DNA of 52,286 bases, the filler included, from Squatina squatina (Eukaryota), in the NCBI GenBank assembly GCA_031763465.1. It is 3 parts of 3 records of this genome, joined end to end, with 100 filler letters (N's around TTAATTAATTAA, not from the genome) between each part and the next. Parts side by side here need not be neighbours in the genome. Positions count along the whole stretch, not along the records: positions 33,401 to 52,286 come from JARFOE010000016.1; 2 more parts are not named here. One strand, 5' to 3'. Below the pieces are notes generated by a model. The model was given only the letters and a program-made list of their open reading frames with translations, had not been told where the DNA came from and did no database searches. The translations under genes and the position numbers were made by a program. Below are positions 47,281 through 52,286 of this stretch, in pieces (positions within the stretch are counted from its first letter, which is position 1; each line of letters starts with the position of its first letter).

Positions 47281-47803
47281 NNNNNNNNNNNNNNNNNNNN
47301 NNNNNNNNNNNNNNNNNNNNNNNNNNNNNNNNNNNNNNNNNNNNNNNNNNNNNNNNNNNNNNNNNNNNNNNNNNNNNNNNNNNNNNNNNNNNNNNNNNNN
47401 NNNNNNNNNNNNNNNNNNNNNNNNNNNNNNNNNNNNNNNNNNNNNNNNNNNNNNNNNNNNNNNNNNNNNNNNNNNNNNNNNNNNNNNNNNNNNNNNNNNN
47501 NNNNNNNNNNNNNNNNNNNNNNNNNNNNNNNNNNNNNNNNNNNNNNNNNNNNNNNNNNNNNNNNNNNNNNNNNNNNNNNNNNNNNNNNNNNNNNNNNNNN
47601 NNNNNNNNNNNNNNNNNNNNNNNNNNNNNNNNNNNNNNNNNNNNNNNNNNNNNNNNNNNNNNNNNNNNNNNNNNNNNNNNNNNNNNNNNNNNNNNNNNNN
47701 NNNNNNNNNNNNNNNNNNNNNNNNNNNNNNNNNNNNNNNNNNNNNNNNNNNNNNNNNNNNNNNNNNNNNNNNNNNNNNNNNCGAGCCTGCACCGCCATTC
47801 AAT

Positions 47804-47882
47804 ACATTACAACAGTGAGTGCACTTCATTGGCTGTAAAGCGCTTTGGGATGTTCGGTGATCGTGAAAGACGCTATATAAAT
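47804..47882 (+). mobile_element. 3' tail of a Deu-type/L2-dependent SINE (SacSINE1-like)
   Basis: CATTACAACAGTGA..CTTCATTGGCTGTAAAGCGCTTTGGGATGT..GTGAAAGACGCTATATAAAT; preceded by about 22 bp of reversed CR1 tail at the gap edge. Confidence 0.7.
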
Positions 47883-48694
47883 AGGTTTGTTCAGCTAGAG
47901 ATTCAGATACCAGAATTCAGTGCATCAACCACCCCACTAGTGGGGCTTACTAATAAAATGGCCACTGCAAATAGCAAATTTCATAATGTTTATTGTAGTC
48001 AAAAACAATTTTTTTTTAAAATGAGAGCCAAATTTTGTGGCTTTTCTTTAGCAACAAAGTAAAGATGAGTGAAAACTGATGGAGTAAGGATACAGACTGC
48101 TATTATTCCTCTCTGCCCTAAGGATTCCTGCCTGCCAAAGAGGCATCAACAAATATTAGCAAAATGTCAGGGAGAAAACAATTTTTTGTTTATCAACTCG
48201 TCAAAATTACAGGATCATCAAAAAGTTAATATTTAGCTCCAGGTCAGACCTGGCACTGGTGAGGTCTCACCTGGAACTAAATACTCACTTAACAAAGGAG
48301 GTTTGGGGTACAGCAGTCATTTCCAGGCAGCTTTAACATTGGAGGAGGAACACAAGAGGACATACATTCACAACTTGCAATAGGCATTGTTCAGGTGGTG
48401 TCTTTACCATAACATTAAGTTACCTGGGCAAGATGGAGGAGTAATAGAAGAAATTCTCTGGATATTTAATGGTTTTTGCCTTGTTTCCCAGGTCTATGAG
48501 AGCCTGCATCAGTACCTGAGGAGGAGACCACTGCCTGTTATGCCCCAGAAGCTGTGTCATATGTTGCAAGGCTACAATTAATGATGCATGCATGCAGAAG
48601 TGATCAAAGTGACATGATGCTGAGATAGCCTTCCTAATCACAAGACTTTTATCACGCTTGCACATTTGTACATTCAACAACAAAACACATTTAC

Positions 48695-48931
48695 TTTGAC
48701 TGCATGACTTAGGTCATTGAACTTTTTGCGATACTGATGTCCTGTGCGCACAATCGCATCTGAGGCGGACACCTCCCGAGCTATTTTACTCCATGAGGTC
48801 CTTTGTGCACTTCCCCTTTGGCCCGCCTTAGTGAAAAGCTGTCCGGCCCTCCTCTCTACAGATGAAACTAGAGTCTCCACCACCTCATTGGAGAACCTTG
48901 GGGCTCTGGCCCCTCGTTCACCTGCTGCCAT
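48695..48931 (-). CDS. Harbinger-type Myb/SANT-like DNA-binding exon (NAIF1/MSANTD-like), 79 intact codons
   Basis: GCAGCCATGG start; RAPRFSNEVVETLVSSVERR...W..IAREVSA...RT..Q.RKKFNDL; GTAAAT donor at phase 0; possible TIR AAAATCTACCC near 49310-49320. Confidence 0.78.
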
Positions 48932-50049
48932 GGCTGCACCACAAATGGATCTCCAAGCTTTACACAAATTTTCCACAATGCCTCCCCTATGAGGTTTTGC
49001 AGAGAAGACTGACCTGAGCAGTGGGTTCACTGAGTTCAAACATTGTGTTTAAGGGCTGAGGTGGGTTGGTAAATGATTGAGCCTCATCAGCTAGTTCAGT
49101 GGATTGGTCCCGTGGAATCTACCTCGCCCATTTAGCACCACACCTGCACCCATTTACACTGATTTAAAGCTGAATTTGGAACCAGCCTGAAAAAAAATTT
49201 AAAGACACCAATTCCACACTTTAAGAGAGCGGCGCAGAAACAACACACAAAACAGGGCTTTAATCTTTAAACTTAATCTACCAGCGCAGCGCAATCCAAT
49301 TGGGCCCCCAAAATCTACCCACTGTGTTTCTTCATCCATTAAAATTAATATGAAAATCAGATTCCTAATCCCTCTTTTAGGAACTCTCTCCAAATTCACA
49401 CCACAGGCCCTGCTTAGTTTTTCCAGGATCTCTGGAGGCCACCCACAAAAAGGTAAGAAAGCTTTTTTTTATATTTTTGTGTTTGTGGAGTCAGGAGCAC
49501 CTGGCTCTGCAAAAATATCTCAGTCCACTGCGGCAGCTGAGCTCAGCCCCTCATGTTCGACTCCAATTTCGCCCTCCCCGCCCAGGTCTTACCTGTAGGC
49601 CAGCTCAGTGTCAGAGCCGGACACATTTCCCACGGCCTTGAATGGCAAGCTGCACCGGGAAGCCCAATTAGTGTTTGCAGCTGGCCAGTTTTAAGAAGAT
49701 GAAGCCTGAGGCCTAGTTTCCAGCGAGCCTCAGGCCGCTGTCACCTTCGGGTGCACCTTCCAGGCGCGACACCCATTTCATGCCACCATCGACATTATAT
49801 AAATTTCTCCCCCCTTCATATCACAACATGGTCTGCGGAATCAGTGAATAACAGCAACTGGATCATCTCAGACAGTTTAACCATGTGAGCAGGTCACAAT
49901 TTGCCTCTATTGCTCACTATTTTCAAAACATATCTGCTTTCTTTCTATTTTTTTCCCGATGTATACAATGTGCTGCTTCCACACCAATGACTTTCACAAG
50001 GTTGGGAACCTAGGTTAGAGTTGAGGAAGCTGAGATTGGGTTCTGCAAC

Positions 50050-50520
50050 CCTTGACTCAGCTTAAGGTGGCAGCTGGAGAGGTTGATGGGATTAATGGGA
50101 TTTAGTTGCTAGCAGAAACAAAAGGTGATGACTTTGGTCTTAAGTTGGAGGAGACTTTGCCTTTTTCCAGGTCTCAATGTCAGAAAGGCAGTTGATAACT
50201 GCAACAAGAGTCTTTGGATCGATGGAGGGGGCAAGACGTATAGCTGGACATCACAAAGTACATGCTTCGAAATGACATTGCCGAACAATGGTATGTAAAT
50301 AATAAAGGGGATGGGACTAAGGATGGGCTCCTGGGGTTCGCTGGAGATAGCTGTGTGAATGAAGAGGACAAACACTTGGAGGCAATGTAATCTCTGCATT
50401 GTGACAGTTATGAGTAGAACTAGGAGTGGGTAACACCATGGAAGTGGACTACAGAGGAGAGACATTAGAAAAGGTTGGAGAAGTTAACATGTCAGAGATG
50501 GCAGAAAGGTTGAGAAGGAT
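50050..50520 (-). mobile_element. L2 RT fragment, decayed
   Basis: SSEPQEPILSPIPFIIYIPLFGNVISKH...DVQLY corresponds to L2 GVPQGSILGPLLF.IY..PLG..I..H...DTQLY. Confidence 0.78.
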
Positions 50521-50789
50521 GAAAAAAGCCAGAAGGCCGCAGTCACAGTCACACTGAATGTTGTTGTTGGCTGCAGTCCACTTGGTAAACATTTTTATCT
50601 TGCCTTTATATTTTATTTATTAAGGGACCACTGTCTTTACAAATAAGTATTTGCCAAACTAGTTTTTATGCTGCACGTAGCAAATATTGCAGTGCACGAA
50701 TGCAAATCAAATTGAAATAGTTAATTGCATCGCAAAAATGTCTTCAAGTGTCTTCTGCGTAACTTAATTGTTACACACAAGACTCTTTG

Positions 50790-51509
50790 GGGGCCCCAAT
50801 TGGTTATCACTAGCGACCGGGGGTGAATTGGTCCAGGGCTCTAGATTTTAGTGCCAGCCCCAGAGCGTTGTCTTCTGACCTCCAATTGGAGTCTTTGCCG
50901 TATTTCTGGGTCAGCGGAATGTGGCAGCGCTAACAAAGCGTTGACTCGGCGCTGACCCGACACTCAACCGGTGAATGTGGCCCAGCATTGGCAAGGCGGT
51001 GCTGGCCAGCACTCTTGCATCAGCCGCGGCCCCGTCCCATACACTGAAGGGGAGGACCGCCGACTGAGGCGCTGGGGCCCTGGGGCTTGCCATTGGGCCA
51101 CCAGGGAGCCGGGAGGTTGGATGGAAAAGGCCAGAGAAAGTCGGCAGATGTAAAAAAATGGCGGCCGATGGCGTTAGCACCTCCCCTTTAACTGTCATTG
51201 GCAATGACAGTTTGATCCTGTCGTTGTCAGTGACACGGGCCTCGCCAGAGAGCCGCGAAGCAATTCCGGCTGCGGCTCGCCAGCGACGCAAAAGGGGTTT
51301 GCGGGACGGCACTATGGGGTCGGTGCGCGACATGATGAAGTCGTGTGCCTTATCCCGGTGCAAATGGTGTGCCCAGTGAAGAGGCCTTTGCACCTCCAGG
51401 GCGCCGTCACCAATTCAGGAAAATTAAATTCCCCTAACGTTCCTTTAGCGCCCAGCTAGCGCCACTTTTCGGTGCTACCACAGCACTAAAACAGACCAAT
51501 TGCGCGGCC
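50790..51509 (+). mobile_element. Complete 720-bp GC-rich MITE with imperfect TIRs and 3-bp TSD
   Basis: Left GGGGCCCCAATTGGT, right ACCAATTGCGCGGCC (11/15 match); TTG on both flanks (50787-50789, 51510-51512); no gap inside. Confidence 0.75.
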
Positions 51510-52079
51510 TTGATATTCAGCTGTTCCTCCATCAGTGCCTGAAGACAGCACTGCTTTAAGGTCCAGCTCCCTGAGCATGAGAAAAACTACTTGTTAGGTG
51601 ACCTTTGCTGTTGGTAAGTTGTTTAACTGAGATCGATGAGATCAAATATATTTATATTTGAGGCCACTAGAGGTAGCTGCTAACTACTGGGCCCATGGAA
51701 GCTGATCATTTCTCCTTTCCTTATTGGCAAGTGAAGCAATAGCAGGCCTTTTAAGGAAATAAAAGTGTATGCTCAAACCATAGGTCTTGCATCATTCAGA
51801 TCTGTCTCAATTTCACACAATGTATAATACAAGGTGCAAAGAAGTTATTTTCTACCTCATGTGATGATGGCATCTCTATGAAATATTGATGTTTTCATGA
51901 AGCAGATGAAACCATTAGAGAAATGGGCTCAGAATGATGTTGTTGGAATCACTATACAATTTGTACTTCAGTTTAACAGGTCTAATTTCCATCAGCTGGA
52001 TGAGGGGCTGCCAAACCTGGCTGTGAGATTTTCAGTAACGAACTGTATATCTGAATCTTTCCCATAACTCCATGTTCAC

Positions 52080-52286
52080 ATCTCTTCAACAAGGTTTCCG
52101 CCCCTCTCACTGCACTGAAATGGCTCTGAACAAAGTCACAAATTACATCCCCCTGTGCCAGTGGTACATTATCCTTTATCGCCCTCCTCAACCTCTCTGC
52201 AACCTTTGACCTGGTCAATCGCACCATCCTCCTCCAATGCCTCTCCCTTTGTTGTCAAGCTCAGTGGGAATCCATTACTCCCTATC
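52080..52286 (+). mobile_element. L2 RT fragment
   Basis: LLNLSATFDLVNRTILLQCLS corresponds to L2 LLDLSAAFDTVDHSILL.RL. Confidence 0.8.

Noticed and set aside
42230-48931. One autonomous Harbinger containing both transposase and Myb gene
   Set aside because: Separated by three gaps and a host MEAK7 exon, with very different decay; more likely independent copies.
1-52286. CRISPR array, rRNA, prophage or bacterial contamination
   Set aside because: No repeat-spacer array or operon-like ORFs; all recognisable content is spliced vertebrate genes and vertebrate transposons.

Overview
Vertebrate nuclear DNA, very probably from a shark (elasmobranch-type CR1 tails, L2, Penelope, tRNA-SINE and Harbinger repeats), in a fragmented assembly with many 100-N placeholder gaps. 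Two artificial spacers (N44-TTAATTAATTAA-N44 at 19409-19508 and 33301-33400) join three unrelated scaffolds. Segment A (1-19408) holds four FBXL2 exons (-) and the first coding exon of GLI3 (+) with flanking enhancer-like blocks. Segment B (19509-33300) holds two APBB2 exons (-) and UCHL1 exons 1-3 (+). Segment C (33401-52286) holds the last four ATP2C2 exons (+), one MEAK7/TLDC1 exon (-), a decayed Harbinger transposase and an intact Harbinger-type Myb/SANT exon. Gene calls rest on recalled human protein sequences plus GT-AG exon boundaries; no searches were run. I cannot demonstrate a new biological system. The best leads are a phase-compatible Myb/SANT exon upstream of the MEAK7 exon, a CR1 insertion with twin-priming-like 5' inversion, a family of GC-rich hairpin-bearing MITEs, a MER3/Charlie-like hAT element and an out-of-frame uORF over the GLI3 start.
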